A stretch of 64,000 nucleotides of DNA from an uncultured Methanomassiliicoccales archaeon. GTDB lineage: Archaea; Thermoplasmatota; Thermoplasmata; Methanomassiliicoccales; UBA472. The DNA lies in assembly GCA_963695345.1 (NCBI GenBank), contig OY968769.1, positions 1,888,001-1,952,000 on the forward strand, given 5' to 3'. Of the stretch, positions 41,825 through 53,135 are shown one piece after another (the first letter of the stretch is position 1; each line of letters starts with the position of its first letter). The position numbers and the translations under genes are program-made. The notes beneath the pieces were generated by a model that worked only from the letters and a program-made list of their open reading frames with translations, did not search any database and was not told where the DNA came from.

Positions 41825-43159
41825 TCACGAGTATGCGGTCTCCCCGTGTTGGATGATGTCCGCGCCGACGCGTTCTTCTTCCTTCGTCATCCTGATGGGG
41901 GTGAACCGGCTCAGCACTTTAAGCATCACAAAGGTGACCCCAAATGCGAATATCCAAATGACTACCACCGCTATCAATTGTGCGGTAAGCAGTGTGAATC
42001 CGCCCCCGTAGAACAGCCCGTTGTTGACCACCGCGCTTTCATTGACCTTCTGCGTTGCCAACAGGCCGACAGCTATCATGCCCATCGTACCAGCCACGCC
42101 ATGGACCCCCCATACGTCGAGGGCGTCATCGAACCTGAATCTCTTTCTCACCAGAATCCCGCAGTAGCACAATACCCCGGCCGCCAGCCCGATAACGATG
42201 GCTCCTCTGGTATCGATATAGCCAGCGGCGGGAGTGACCGCCGCCAATCCGGCTACCCCTCCCGTGATCAGACCGAGGACGGACGGCCGGCCCAGATGAA
42301 GCCAGCTGACCAATCCCCAGGTGATGGCCGCCATTGCACCTGCGATATGGGTATTGGCGAACGCTTGCGCCGCCAAGGATCCAGATCCAAGGGCGCTACC
42401 TCCATTGAAACCGAACCAACCCATCCAAAGCAGTCCGCCCCCGAGCACGACCATGGGAATGTTATGCGGATGGTCCCCATTGCCGTTCATTACCGACAAT
42501 CTCTTCCCCAAAACGATACTGGCCGCCAGGACCGATACGCCTGCGGTGATGTGCACTACCGCTCCTCCGGCAAAATCCAATGCCCCGATCTTAGCCAGCC
42601 AACCCCCTCCCCAAATCCAGTGGGCCACCGGGAGATACACTACGCATGTCCAAATGCTGAGGAAGATGATCATCGCTTTCAGCTTCATACGTTCCGCGAT
42701 TCCGCCTATGATCAAGGCTGCCGTGATTATCGCGAACATCAGCTGATACATGGAGAATAGGATGGAGGGAATGGTCCTCGCATAGTCCGTATCTGGCAGT
42801 CCTCCGAGACGGTCCATTAGAAAGAAGTCAAAATTGCCGATGAGGTCGCTCCTGAAACCCCCGAATGCCAGAGAATAACCGAACACGATCCAGATCAGGG
42901 TCACGATTCCTATGATGATGACACTTTGTCCCAGCATCGAAAGGAATGATTCCTTCCTCAGCATGCCCCCATAGAAGAACGCCACGGCCGGGGTCATTAC
43001 GAAGACCAAGGCGGTGGAGATCAGAAGCCAGGCTGTATCGCCCTGATTGATATCGCTGGCCAGGCCATCGGTCGCCGAGACCGACCTGGAAAGCAATGGG
43101 ATCAGTATCATTCCTAAAGCCACCATCAAACCGATTCTTGCTGTTCTGGCATAGCTCAT
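41825..43159 (-). CDS. amtB: Ammonium transporter
   Basis: DFAGGAVVH, PHN, WFGFNGGS, DDALDVWGVHG. Confidence 0.97.
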   Translation of the reverse strand: MSYARTARIGLMVALGMILIPLLSRSVSATDGLASDINQGDTAWLLISTALVFVMTPAVAFFYGGMLRKESFLSMLGQSVIIIGIVTLIWIVFGYSLAFGGFRSDLIGNFDFFLMDRLGGLPDTDYARTIPSILFSMYQLMFAIITAALIIGGIAERMKLKAMIIFLSIWTCVVYLPVAHWIWGGGWLAKIGALDFAGGAVVHITAGVSVLAASIVLGKRLSVMNGNGDHPHNIPMVVLGGGLLWMGWFGFNGGSALGSGSLAAQAFANTHIAGAMAAITWGLVSWLHLGRPSVLGLITGGVAGLAAVTPAAGYIDTRGAIVIGLAAGVLCYCGILVRKRFRFDDALDVWGVHGVAGTMGMIAVGLLATQKVNESAVVNNGLFYGGGFTLLTAQLIAVVVIWIFAFGVTFVMLKVLSRFTPIRMTKEEERVGADIIQHGETAYS

Positions 43160-43332
43160 TTGACCACCTGTGATACATTCGTCGGAATATTGGAGATTCA
43201 TTGGAGACTCGGTGCATTTCATTTGTTTATTTGTCTCACTAACTTATCCATGGTTATCCAAAATAACAATAAAAGCTTTGCTAACGAGACATTTGTGCAA
43301 TGACAATCGGAATAATAGATAAATGTATAATT

Positions 43333-43346
43333 GGAATCGCACTTCC
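43333..43346. promoter_or_regulatory. NrpR-type nitrogen operator GGAA-N6-TTCC upstream of amtB
   Basis: GGAA-TCGCAC-TTCC is an exact match to the euryarchaeal NrpR box, next to TATA-like TGTATAAT. Confidence 0.7.
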
Positions 43347-43590
43347 GATAACCGCCAGCCTGCTTTTGAAGGACACAATTTATCTGGCTCATTCCGGTAA
43401 GTTTATCTCGGTCTGTTCGGCCAGCAGATTTAGATTTCAATCGGAATAAAACGTGACCTTAGGAATAATGTGTATCATCAATAGTGAAGAATCGACGGAT
43501 GTCGAGAGGGCCAGAACGTGGAACGGCCCATTCACGAAAATGGGCATGACCAACCGTCCAATGGACCAGGAAACCCGAATGCTGCCGATC

Positions 43591-45351
43591 TCAATCCTCT
43601 ATCTTCTTCAGCTGGGACCGGTACATGTTCTCCAGCTCATCGGTTGTGGTAGCTTCCCTCGGGCCTTTGTCATCCCGGACCTTTCCGGTAAAACGGGGAA
43701 ACCGTATGGCCAGGCCGGCATCCTTACGCACCCTTCCGAACGCGCAGGTATGGATCGGCGACAGGGTTATCTCGGCCCCGAGCACCTCCAGCACAATGCC
43801 CGGTTCAAACCAGAAGTCAGCCTGCATGTTGCTCCTGACCAGGTGGTGCCTTTCCGTGAGTTTGTACTTTTCCAGCAGGGTCAGCATTTGGGCGAGCGCG
43901 GCATCGTCGAAGCCGCTCCCCAGCTTGGAAACCGTCTCGAAGGTGTCCTCGCTCGAATTGTAGGTGGCCATGAGCAGTGCACCGTAGAATCCCTTCCGCT
44001 TGCCCCGGCCGGCGAAACCGCCGACAACCACCAGGTCGACCGTGTCGGTCATCTCCGAACGGTATTCTTTCTTGTACTTGATCCAGAGGAACCCGCGGCT
44101 GCCAGCGCGGTATACCGATTCCGGGGCGATGGACTTGGCCATAAGGCCTTCGCAGCCGTCCTTCAGCGCCTCCTGGAAGAACTTTTCCACGCTGGACTCG
44201 TCCGAGAGGACACGCATCTCGGACAATTTCACTGACTCCGTGAGTTGGATCGCCGATTGTAGGGCCGCCCTTCGTTTCAGCAGCGGCTGCTGAGAGATGT
44301 CCTCCCCTTCCAGATAAAGGCAGTCGAACAGGCACATCCTAACCGGATAATCTTCGATGGCCTCTTCCAAGCCATGTTTCCTCCCCCGCCTATGGGAGAC
44401 CTCCTGGAAGGGCAGGAACTCGCCCGTGTTGACGTCCACCGGTACGCATTCCCCTTCGACTATGGCGCTCTTGCCCTTGAACGATTCAAGCACGGCCTTG
44501 ACCACATCGGGGAACTGGCCAGTGAGGTCCTCCAATCGCCTCGAATAAAGCGTTATCTTGCCCTGGTCGATGTGCGCCTGGACCCGCACCCCGTCGTACT
44601 TGTATTCGAAGGCCGCGGTCCCGCCCATCCTCTCGAGGATCTCCTTCGGCGAGGGCAATCTTTCGGCCAGCATGGCCCTGATGGGATTCCCGACCTTTAC
44701 CTTCATCTCTTTGACGCCATCGATCCCCTTTTCCTGTACGATCTCCGCCACCAGTCCCAGATCGGAGGAGACGTTGTAGCCGTTCTCCACGATGTCGCGC
44801 TCGTCCTTGGTGGCATAGGCCAGGGCCAAAGAGTCGATTATGGTCATCGTCGCCACGCCCAGCCTCATCTTTCCGGTGACGATGCGAGAGATGTACTTTG
44901 CCTCTTCCGGATCGGCGTCCACGAGGATCCTGATGAGCAATTTCATCTTGGTGTCCTGCGAACCGCCTCCCTCCGACACGGCGATCTGCTCCAAGGCAGC
45001 GTAGACGCGGTCCAGCGTTAGGGGTTCTGATGTCAGCGTGGTCTGGGCCCGTCTTGGTATCAGGCGAAAAGCCACCAACCCCGGGTCGCCTTCCTTGATC
45101 ATCAGGTCTTGGATCGTGGATTCTCCTTTTCTGGTGATGAAGGCGAGGGCCTTGAATAGTAGCTTGTCGGCCATTCCCAGCTTCTGCGGGTTGAAGTCCG
45201 GGTAGAGCTGACCTTGGGTGAGGTAGACCGCCTTTCGCAGCGAGCCGCGGTCTGCCGATCTAAAGAACTGGGACAGGATATCGGTCATCTCGAGCCGACT
45301 CGATGTCCTCTCGAGCTTCTCGTATGTATCGACCAGTTCCCGGAACAGCAT
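43591..45351 (-). CDS. lig: ATP-dependent DNA ligase
   Basis: EYKYDG, EGLMAK, WIKYK, RFPRF. Confidence 0.97.
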   Translation of the reverse strand: MLFRELVDTYEKLERTSSRLEMTDILSQFFRSADRGSLRKAVYLTQGQLYPDFNPQKLGMADKLLFKALAFITRKGESTIQDLMIKEGDPGLVAFRLIPRRAQTTLTSEPLTLDRVYAALEQIAVSEGGGSQDTKMKLLIRILVDADPEEAKYISRIVTGKMRLGVATMTIIDSLALAYATKDERDIVENGYNVSSDLGLVAEIVQEKGIDGVKEMKVKVGNPIRAMLAERLPSPKEILERMGGTAAFEYKYDGVRVQAHIDQGKITLYSRRLEDLTGQFPDVVKAVLESFKGKSAIVEGECVPVDVNTGEFLPFQEVSHRRGRKHGLEEAIEDYPVRMCLFDCLYLEGEDISQQPLLKRRAALQSAIQLTESVKLSEMRVLSDESSVEKFFQEALKDGCEGLMAKSIAPESVYRAGSRGFLWIKYKKEYRSEMTDTVDLVVVGGFAGRGKRKGFYGALLMATYNSSEDTFETVSKLGSGFDDAALAQMLTLLEKYKLTERHHLVRSNMQADFWFEPGIVLEVLGAEITLSPIHTCAFGRVRKDAGLAIRFPRFTGKVRDDKGPREATTTDELENMYRSQLKKIED

Positions 45352-45430
45352 GTCCCATCTAATGGACTTACATTATTTAATCCTCTCACTTTGAATGGCA
45401 AAATCGGTCTTTCTGGTAGCTCCAGTACAC

Positions 45431-47038
45431 TCAGAAATCGAATAGTGAGGCTTGTCCGGGCTTTGTCGGCTTCTTGTCCGAATAAGGTCCTTCGTCCTTG
45501 TTTTGGGCTTTCTCTTCCTTGAGCTCTTCGCTCAGCGCCTTCAGCCGTTTGCGCATGGCCGATTCCTTCTTGACGCTGGCGTAGAAGTAAGCCTGGTCCC
45601 GGGTGTCCTTTGTTATCAGGATGACAACCCGGCCCGCTCGTTTCCTGCCCGTCCTTCCCCGCCGTTGGATCGAGCGTATCTCCGATGCCACCGGTTCGTA
45701 GAACACCACCAGGTCGGTCTGTGCCACGTCCAGTCCCTCCTCGCCCACGGACGTCGCCACGACCACGTTGTACTCTCCGTTCCGGAACTTGTCCAAGACC
45801 CCTACCTGCCCTTTCTGGCTCAATCCCTTTTCGCCGACCCGGTCGGCCTGCCCCACCAGCTTGGCCACTTTGACACCCGGTATGGATGACAGTTTCGTTG
45901 CCATAAGGTCGCAGGTGTCCCGATAATGGGTGAAAACCAGCACGCGGGAGTTGGGTTTGTCGTTGACCTGCTGTGAGACGATGCTCATGACCTTGGACAG
46001 CTTGGGGTGCTCGGAACGTATGGTCTTCATCAGTTCCAGGACGTCCTTGAACTGTTCCGAGGAGACCACCACCTTGGACGCCTTCGACCCCTCGTCCGAG
46101 TTCGCCTCCGCCACCAGTCGCTCGAAGTAGGCGTTGAGGGCCGATGTGCCTTGGGTCTCGGCAAGTCCCAGGGCATGCTCCATCTTGACCGCCATGGCCT
46201 GGAGGCTGAGGGCACGGTATATGTTCTTGTTCTTCTCACCGGAACGCAGGCGTGCCTGAAGGTTCGCCTGCAGGTCCAGAAGATAGCGCATGTTGACCGG
46301 TCTGCCTTTGTCCAACATGCCCAGGTTTGTCAGTTCTTTGATATAGGTTTCGTATAGGGAGGAAAGGATGGCTATTATCTTCCTCAGATCGATGGGCACA
46401 TCCACCTCGATGTGCTGCATCTGGACATCCTGCACATAGGGGGCGACGTCCGGGTCGAACTCGGTACGGACCTCGATGTCGACGATGCCCAGGCTCTCGC
46501 ACACCTCCTTGATCTTGGCCTTGTTACCTCCCGGGGAAGCGGTCATCCCGAGCACCAGACGGCCGTAGTCCTTGTACTGCTGGGCGACCGCCACGTAGGC
46601 ATAGCTGCCGACGGCCCTGTGAGCCTCGTCGAAAACTATCAGCTGAACGTCCTTGAGCGAGACCCTCTCCTGTTTCAGGTCGTTGGCGACCACCTGCGGC
46701 GTGGACACGATTATGTCGTTCTGGATCCAAAGCGCCTCGCGTTCTTCCGGGTCCACCTCTCCGGTGAGGACGGTGACCGTTTTTCCAATCACCATCTCCC
46801 TGAGGAAAGAGGCGTGCTGTTCCACCAGGGGCTTTGTGGGCGCAAGCAACAGTACCTTTCCCTTGCGCTTCTCCAGCACGTGCGCCAGGACGATCAGCGC
46901 GATGACGGTCTTGCCCATGCCGGTGGGCAGGACCACCAGGGTGTTGGAGCGCAGTGCCAGTCGGGCCAGATCTATCTGGTAGTCCCGCTTCTCGACCGCG
47001 TCCTTCTTTATCAGTGAGTGCTCCAAGAACACGTTCAT
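45431..47038 (-). CDS. hef: Hef/FANCM-like (ERCC4-related) DEAH helicase, helicase domain only
   Basis: LPTGMGKT, DEAHRA, MTASPG, ATSVGEEGLD, QRRGRTGR. No nuclease domain. Confidence 0.88.
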   Translation of the reverse strand: MNVFLEHSLIKKDAVEKRDYQIDLARLALRSNTLVVLPTGMGKTVIALIVLAHVLEKRKGKVLLLAPTKPLVEQHASFLREMVIGKTVTVLTGEVDPEEREALWIQNDIIVSTPQVVANDLKQERVSLKDVQLIVFDEAHRAVGSYAYVAVAQQYKDYGRLVLGMTASPGGNKAKIKEVCESLGIVDIEVRTEFDPDVAPYVQDVQMQHIEVDVPIDLRKIIAILSSLYETYIKELTNLGMLDKGRPVNMRYLLDLQANLQARLRSGEKNKNIYRALSLQAMAVKMEHALGLAETQGTSALNAYFERLVAEANSDEGSKASKVVVSSEQFKDVLELMKTIRSEHPKLSKVMSIVSQQVNDKPNSRVLVFTHYRDTCDLMATKLSSIPGVKVAKLVGQADRVGEKGLSQKGQVGVLDKFRNGEYNVVVATSVGEEGLDVAQTDLVVFYEPVASEIRSIQRRGRTGRKRAGRVVILITKDTRDQAYFYASVKKESAMRKRLKALSEELKEEKAQNKDEGPYSDKKPTKPGQASLFDF

Positions 47039-47099
47039 GAGAATAAGGTCTTATTAGAATAGGATTTGGGGCGGAGCCCCGTAAATGGTTGGTGTTTCC

Positions 47100-47420
47100 T
47101 TAATGGCATCCGCCGCCGCAGGAACTGCATCCTGCCATGTTCGGGTTGTGGACGATGAGGCCGGACCCATACGGGGTCTCGATAAAGTCCACAGTACAGG
47201 AGTCGAGGACTTCCTTCGTCTCCTTGTCGTAGAACAGGGAGAATTCATCGGCCTTCTGCTCCAAGTCTCCCTCTTTTGCCTTGTCCTGGAAGGACATCCC
47301 GAACTGCGGGCCAGAACAGCCCATTCCTGAAAGGTATATCCTGATCCCGAATCCCTGCTTGCTGTTCTTCGCTATCAGGTCCTTGATGTACTTAGTGGCC
47401 TCTTCTGTGACTTCCACCAT
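47100..47420 (-). CDS. HesB/IscA family Fe-S assembly protein
   Basis: VTEEA, GMGCSG, NPN...CSSCGGGCH. Confidence 0.88.
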   Translation of the reverse strand: MVEVTEEATKYIKDLIAKNSKQGFGIRIYLSGMGCSGPQFGMSFQDKAKEGDLEQKADEFSLFYDKETKEVLDSCTVDFIETPYGSGLIVHNPNMAGCSSCGGGCH

Positions 47421-47552
47421 GTCTTTCACCTAGTGGGTATCGAAATTCCACCGGATATATAATGTCTGTGCTATTGCATCGTGTTTTATCGCAGGACCTG
47501 ATTTTCTGACGGGCCGAATAGTATTTGAATTGAAGCCAGTCTACGATGTCCG

Positions 47553-48008
47553 ATGATCCAATTCCGGGCGATGAACCGCAGCGACATCCCGGCCTTGGTA
47601 AAAATGAGCCGAGATAACATGGCGAGCATAATACGCTCGGCATGGGGTCTTGAATGGCGGGACGAACCTTTACTGGAGTGGCTAACGTCCAAGGACGTGG
47701 AAACCGAGGTGGCGATGCTCGATGGGGAACTCGCCGGCTACGTCTCGCTGGAGGTGGTCGATCGCTACTTCTTTATCACCTCCATACAACTTTGGAAAGA
47801 CATGCAGCACAAGGGATTCGGCACCGAGATGATGAAGCACGTCGAATCCAAAGCCTTGGACACAGGCTTTGAAGGTGTGGAGCTCGTGGTGCAGATGACC
47901 AACGAAATAGCGTTGCGCTTCTACCGGCACCTCGGATACAGAAAGGTATGCCGCAAGGGCAACAACTACCTAATGCGTAAGACATTGATCGGACCAGGCA
48001 AAGGTTGA
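47553..48008 (+). CDS. GNAT N-acetyltransferase
   Basis: QHKGFGT, NEIALRFYRHLGY. Confidence 0.88.
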   Translation: MIQFRAMNRSDIPALVKMSRDNMASIIRSAWGLEWRDEPLLEWLTSKDVETEVAMLDGELAGYVSLEVVDRYFFITSIQLWKDMQHKGFGTEMMKHVESKALDTGFEGVELVVQMTNEIALRFYRHLGYRKVCRKGNNYLMRKTLIGPGKG

Positions 48009-48052
48009 TTAAACCGGTTAAAATAACTGAGACCAATGATGGGGTTAATGGA

Positions 48053-48865
48053 ATGAAAACCACTCGTTTCCTCTTTGTATTCCTGGTCATGAATTTGACC
48101 CTGTTCTCTATCCTCCCGGTTTCCATGGCCGCCGTGGTCCAGGTCGTTCCCTCCGAACCGTATGAGATAGGGGCTTCCAACTGGAACGGGGTCGCCCATA
48201 TATGGTGGAGGGAACCGAACCAGACCGGACCGGGGATAACCCATTACCTGGTCTACCGTCAGATCGATGACGCGGGAATGGTCCTCCTGGCCCAGTTGAA
48301 CGCGACGGACCTGGAGTTCAACGATCCGCTGCCTTCCTCCGCCTCCAGCGTAACCTACTGGATAGTGGCTGGGAACTCCCTCGGCCTGAGCAATCCGGGA
48401 GACCGGGTGACCCTGGTTCCGGGAGCGTTCCCCAGCACACCTACCGGACTCCGGGCAGAGGCCGGGTCCGACTATGTCGATCTATCCTGGAACACTCCAT
48501 CATCGAACGGAGGCAACAATATCACACAATATGCCCTGAGGCGGCAGTCGGCCGCGGGCGAGTCCATACTATTCTATGTCCAAGTAAGCAATAGTAATAT
48601 CCCGATCACCTCCGTTCATGACGATCAGGCCGGTTCCGGAACGGTCTACACATACAATGTTATGGCCGTGACCAACAACAGCGAGTCGGGCTGGAGCGAC
48701 AGCGTCACGGTGACCACGCCAAAAAAGGACATCAACGACAACAGCGGCCTGTTGTCCGTCTTTGCGGTGGTCATTGCGGTCATCGCCCTTCAGCTGGGGA
48801 TCATCGCTGTCTATGTGGTTGTGAACCGTAAGGCGTTCAAGCCAAAGCCGCCCCAGAAATCCTGA
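48053..48865 (+). CDS. Fibronectin type III domain surface protein
   Basis: Signal peptide, two FN3 units (LSWNTPSSNGG..ITQY, YTYNVMA), C-terminal TM. Confidence 0.85.
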   Translation: MKTTRFLFVFLVMNLTLFSILPVSMAAVVQVVPSEPYEIGASNWNGVAHIWWREPNQTGPGITHYLVYRQIDDAGMVLLAQLNATDLEFNDPLPSSASSVTYWIVAGNSLGLSNPGDRVTLVPGAFPSTPTGLRAEAGSDYVDLSWNTPSSNGGNNITQYALRRQSAAGESILFYVQVSNSNIPITSVHDDQAGSGTVYTYNVMAVTNNSESGWSDSVTVTTPKKDINDNSGLLSVFAVVIAVIALQLGIIAVYVVVNRKAFKPKPPQKS

Positions 48866-49106
48866 TACCGCCTGTATCGAAAGGTCGCTTGACTGGGATC
48901 GCCATTCATGCGATGGCACGGAAGACTCGATTTTGTCTATTGAACCAGGTCTATTCCCGCAGATCGGATCTTGGCTGGCCATGTTCAACCGGGAATACGG
49001 ATTCGACGTCATGTTCCATGAAGTATTGGCCTTAAAACTCTGGCCTTTGCCGTTTGACTGGCGAATATGGAAAGGATTAATAAACCCCATTTAATAAGGA
49101 GCCTGA

Positions 49107-51358
49107 ATGACAGAGCCGATGGAGCACAAGTCCGGTGAGGTAGAGGTCACCCTTCGAAGGGACCTTGGCCTGCTGGAGGTCCTTATGATCGGCATCGGTC
49201 CGAACATCGGTTCTACCATATTCATTCTCATAGGTGCTGCATCCGGTATTGCTGGACCCGCCGTCATTCTGGCGATGGTGCTGAATTTCTTCGTGACGCT
49301 CGCCACCGCCATGTCGTACGCCGAACTGTCATCCGCCTTCCCGGAGACGGGAGGCGGCTATCTCTGGATCAAAGAAGGGCTGTTCCCCCCATTCGGATTC
49401 CTGGGAGGATGGATGTCATGGGTAGGTCATTGCATTGCCTGTTCCGTGTATGCCCTTGGCTTCGGGGTCGGAGTGAATGTCTTCTTAAGCCTTTACAACG
49501 TCACACTCTTTGGACTAGACCCAGATACAATTTCAAAAATCGCCGCGGTCTTCATCGCAGTCGTTTTCGTCTATCTCAACTACCGTGGGGTAAAGAGCGC
49601 TGGAAGATCGGAGATCATCGTCTCGTTCATATTGATCGCTGTGATAATGATCTTCCTGGTATGCTCGGCGTACTTTGTGTTCACGCACGACACCGGTGCC
49701 AATTTCACACCTTTGATCCCCAAAGGGATGATATCCATCCTAATCTCGATGGGATTCACCTTCATGGTGTTCGAGGGTTATGAGGTGGTAGCCCAGACCG
49801 GTGAGGAGGCCAAGAACCCGGAGAAGAACGTGCCTCGCGCCATCTTCCTGTGCATCGTGATCAGCGCGGTCCTTTTCATCGCTACCGCCATTGTCGCCAT
49901 CGGGGTGTCCGGCTGGCAGCCGTTGGCGGACCAGAGGGGCGGAAGCGATCACCTATACAGCAAGTTTGTCTGTTCCATACCTCGGTGCAGCGCTTATCGC
50001 CTTCGGCATAGTCATTGGCTCGATCGCTGCTGTGAACTCCATTGTCTTCTCGGTGTCCAGAGTATCCTTCGCCATGGGTCGCGACGGTAACCTGCCGGCC
50101 ATGTTCGGGAAGTTACACCCGAAGAAGCAGACCCCCGCCGCCGCCTTGATCCTCAGCGGGATCATCATCATCGGGATGGTGGTGATTCTACCATTGAACC
50201 AAGTGGCTGCGGTCGCCGACATCCTGATCTTACTTCTTTTCACGCTGGTCAACATCTCCGCGATCTCCTTGCGGCGGAGCCGCCCCGACGTCAAGCGGCA
50301 TTTCCTGATGCCGTGGTTCCCATTGTTCCCGCTCATCGGAATAACTGCCAAGATGATCCTGGCGGTCACACTGTTCTTCTATGAGCCCTTCGCTTGGTAT
50401 ATGGCGTTCGCGATCATCAACGTGGGATTGCTGATCCACTACTTCGCCAAGGGCAAGAAGGAAATCGAAATGGTGCCTATCCCGATTCGCGCGCCTCGAA
50501 CCGAGGAGGAGCTGGAACGTTACCGTGTCCTCATTCCCATAGATGATCCGAGGAACATAGCGGCCGTGGACCTGGGATGCATGGTCGCCTCGGACCATAA
50601 CGGGGAACTGATGCTCATAAGCGTTGTCGAGGTCCCGAGCAGTGTCCCCATTAGCGATGTCGACCGGCGTCTGATCGATGACCGGAAGAAGATGCTGGAG
50701 AAGCTCAAGCAGCACGCCGAGATGAGCGGCGTCGTCACCCATGCGCTGGTCACCGTCTCCCACGAAGTTGTCACCGCTGTCATAGATACCGCCAAGGAAG
50801 AAGCGGCCAACATGATCATCATCGGCTGGAAGGGCTACACGCAACACCCAGAAGCGCATCCTGGGCCGCAAGATGGACCTGATCCTGCGTCTCACACCCT
50901 GTGATGTATTGTTCATCAAGTCGGATGAGAAGCTCAAACCGACCCGTATCCTGATCCTTTCCGGCGGTCTGTGGCACGTCAGTGCCGCCACCGGTGTGGC
51001 GGCCATGGTGGCGAGGAAGCAGGGCGCCCGCGTCACCATCCTGAACGTGATCGTGGACGAGAAGTACCTGGAACGCGCCAGGGAGTATTCCAAGCGCCTT
51101 ACCGGCATCCTCGAGGCGGAAAATGTTCCCGTGCTCACGAAGGAGATCCGTCCGGAGACCATTGTCGGCGGGGTCATCGGGGAATCGATGGACTACGACC
51201 TGCTGGTCATGGGTTCCAGCGCCGCCAAGCGCTGGGAGGCCTTTGATTTCGGTCCGCTCCAGGACAAGATCATCACCAATGCCAAATGTCCGGTCCTTGT
51301 CTACAAGCACGTGGTCAAGAAACAGATCGATGAGGACAAGACGGTCGAGGACGACTAA
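49107..51358 (+). CDS. APC-family amino acid permease with C-terminal USP domains, frameshifted
   Basis: LRRDLGL, SYAELSSAFPETGGGY, GEEAKNPEKNVPRA, SRVSFAMGRDG, then two USP-like domains. Confidence 0.9.
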
Positions 51359-52323
51359 CGGGCCACGGAAACGAACTCGTCGACGAACCTTTGGGTCCGT
51401 TCCACCGGTATCCTGGCACCAGCACTGGAGGGATGTCCTCCCCCTTCCAGCCCGTAGATCGACGTGAAATCCTCAATGAACCGACCCAGATCGGTCCCGC
51501 CCTCGCACATACCCCGCATAGAAATGGAGGAATGTATCTTTCGTTCGTTGACCATTATCGCGTAGCGGCAGCCGCGGCGGATAGCTACTTCGACGATCGC
51601 CCGGGTCCCGAAACCGTAGAGAGAACGGTTCTTCTCCGTGCCATCGAAAACCCCTACGCTGCCGCACACCTTCATGCCCGCCCGCGCCCGGGCCAGGGCC
51701 TTCGGCCATCGTTGTTCGTTGACCACCTGGATGAAACGCCTCTTGATGAGGCCCACCTGCGAAGGCCACAGGCCCTGGGACAGATGTTGCGCCGCCTGCA
51801 TACGGAAACAATCGTCGTCAATGTTCAATCTCCAGGAGAAATCCAGGACCCTTGATTCCTCACTCACCATCTGCTGTCCCTTGTCGTTGACTATTTCCGC
51901 CAGGATCGGGGTGCTAAAGTATTCCACCAGGTCGGCTATGGCGACCAACTTCTTCAAGCGGTTCGGGGAGCGAAGAAAATGGTACAGAACACCGGCCGCG
52001 CTCATTCCTTCGTTTATGACCTTCAACCCATGAGGACAGGCGTCGTTCGGCGTCGGGTGATGGTCGATCAGGAAGACTCTCTGTGTCTCCTTTCTCGTCG
52101 CCATGGCCTCGGCCACGTCTGGAACCAGCGCGACATCCGCGAGATAAATCTCATTCGAGGTGAAATCCATCGACAAAGCCCTGGCACCAGCGGTCGGGGA
52201 AGTTATGAAAGACACACGGGAGCTTGGATAACGGTTCAGAAAGATAGCGGCACTTACGATCCCGTCGACATTCCCACGAGTTATCAGGTGCTTTTCCCGG
52301 TCATCCCTGGATAAGCTATCCAT
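51355..52323 (-). CDS. DHH/DHHA1 family phosphoesterase
   Basis: NVDG, LIDHH, SAAG, SMRG and GGGHPSSAG. Confidence 0.82.
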   Translation of the reverse strand: MDSLSRDDREKHLITRGNVDGIVSAAIFLNRYPSSRVSFITSPTAGARALSMDFTSNEIYLADVALVPDVAEAMATRKETQRVFLIDHHPTPNDACPHGLKVINEGMSAAGVLYHFLRSPNRLKKLVAIADLVEYFSTPILAEIVNDKGQQMVSEESRVLDFSWRLNIDDDCFRMQAAQHLSQGLWPSQVGLIKRRFIQVVNEQRWPKALARARAGMKVCGSVGVFDGTEKNRSLYGFGTRAIVEVAIRRGCRYAIMVNERKIHSSISMRGMCEGGTDLGRFIEDFTSIYGLEGGGHPSSAGARIPVERTQRFVDEFVSVAR

Positions 52324-52435
52324 GTCCTCGGGAATCTTATATTCCGGTGTGGACTATTTAACAAATCTGTACTTGCTGTATTTACCGGAAATATTGAAGG
52401 GATTGTCATAATATCCGGGCAACGATAAGGTATCC

Positions 52436-53122
52436 GTGAGGTTCATAGGCATCGACCTGGCATGGAAATGCGTGGACCCTAGGCCTTTGAGCACGGCCGT
52501 ATGTATCATCGACGAAGCTGGAAACGCTGTCGTTGAGCTGGTGACCAGTGACCAAGAGATTCTGGCAATGATCGATGGCGGGGTGGATTGCATGGTCGGC
52601 ATCGACGCCTCGCTCACCGTCCCGAACCGGTCAGGGATGAGGTCGACAGAGATACTGGTAAGACGGATGGGTGTCAAAATACTCCCCACTTCGAAAACCT
52701 ACCTCGAGGATAAGTTCGGGGGATCGCGAGGGGAGCGTCTGGTACAGGCTTTGGAAGCCAAAGGGTTCCGTATGGCCAGACCAAATGACAGGTCCGGCCG
52801 TCTGATCTACGAGGTTTTTCCCCACTCCTCGGTCAGATGCCTGCTAGGCAAGCACCGGTACAAACGCGGTAGGCTGGCGGAGAAGCGGCAAGGTTGTCAG
52901 GACCTGTTCAGATCGATAAGGTCACAGAACCCCTGGTTCCAGTTCCCGGACGGACTGGAGGACCAAATGGCATCGGCAGATTCCGCAGCCATCAAGAAGG
53001 CCGCCGACATGCTTGATTCGATGCTATGCTCAATCTCACTGTATAGGCACGCGATATATCGTGGCCAGGCCACTCAGATGATCGGCGACGAGGACAATGG
53101 GTTTATCCTCCTATGCCGATGA
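52436..53122 (+). CDS. DUF429 family (RNase H-fold) protein
   Basis: FIGIDLAW, VGIDASL, YEVFPH, DMLDS. Confidence 0.85.
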   Translation: MRFIGIDLAWKCVDPRPLSTAVCIIDEAGNAVVELVTSDQEILAMIDGGVDCMVGIDASLTVPNRSGMRSTEILVRRMGVKILPTSKTYLEDKFGGSRGERLVQALEAKGFRMARPNDRSGRLIYEVFPHSSVRCLLGKHRYKRGRLAEKRQGCQDLFRSIRSQNPWFQFPDGLEDQMASADSAAIKKAADMLDSMLCSISLYRHAIYRGQATQMIGDEDNGFILLCR

Positions 53123-53135
53123 GAGGCTAGAATCG

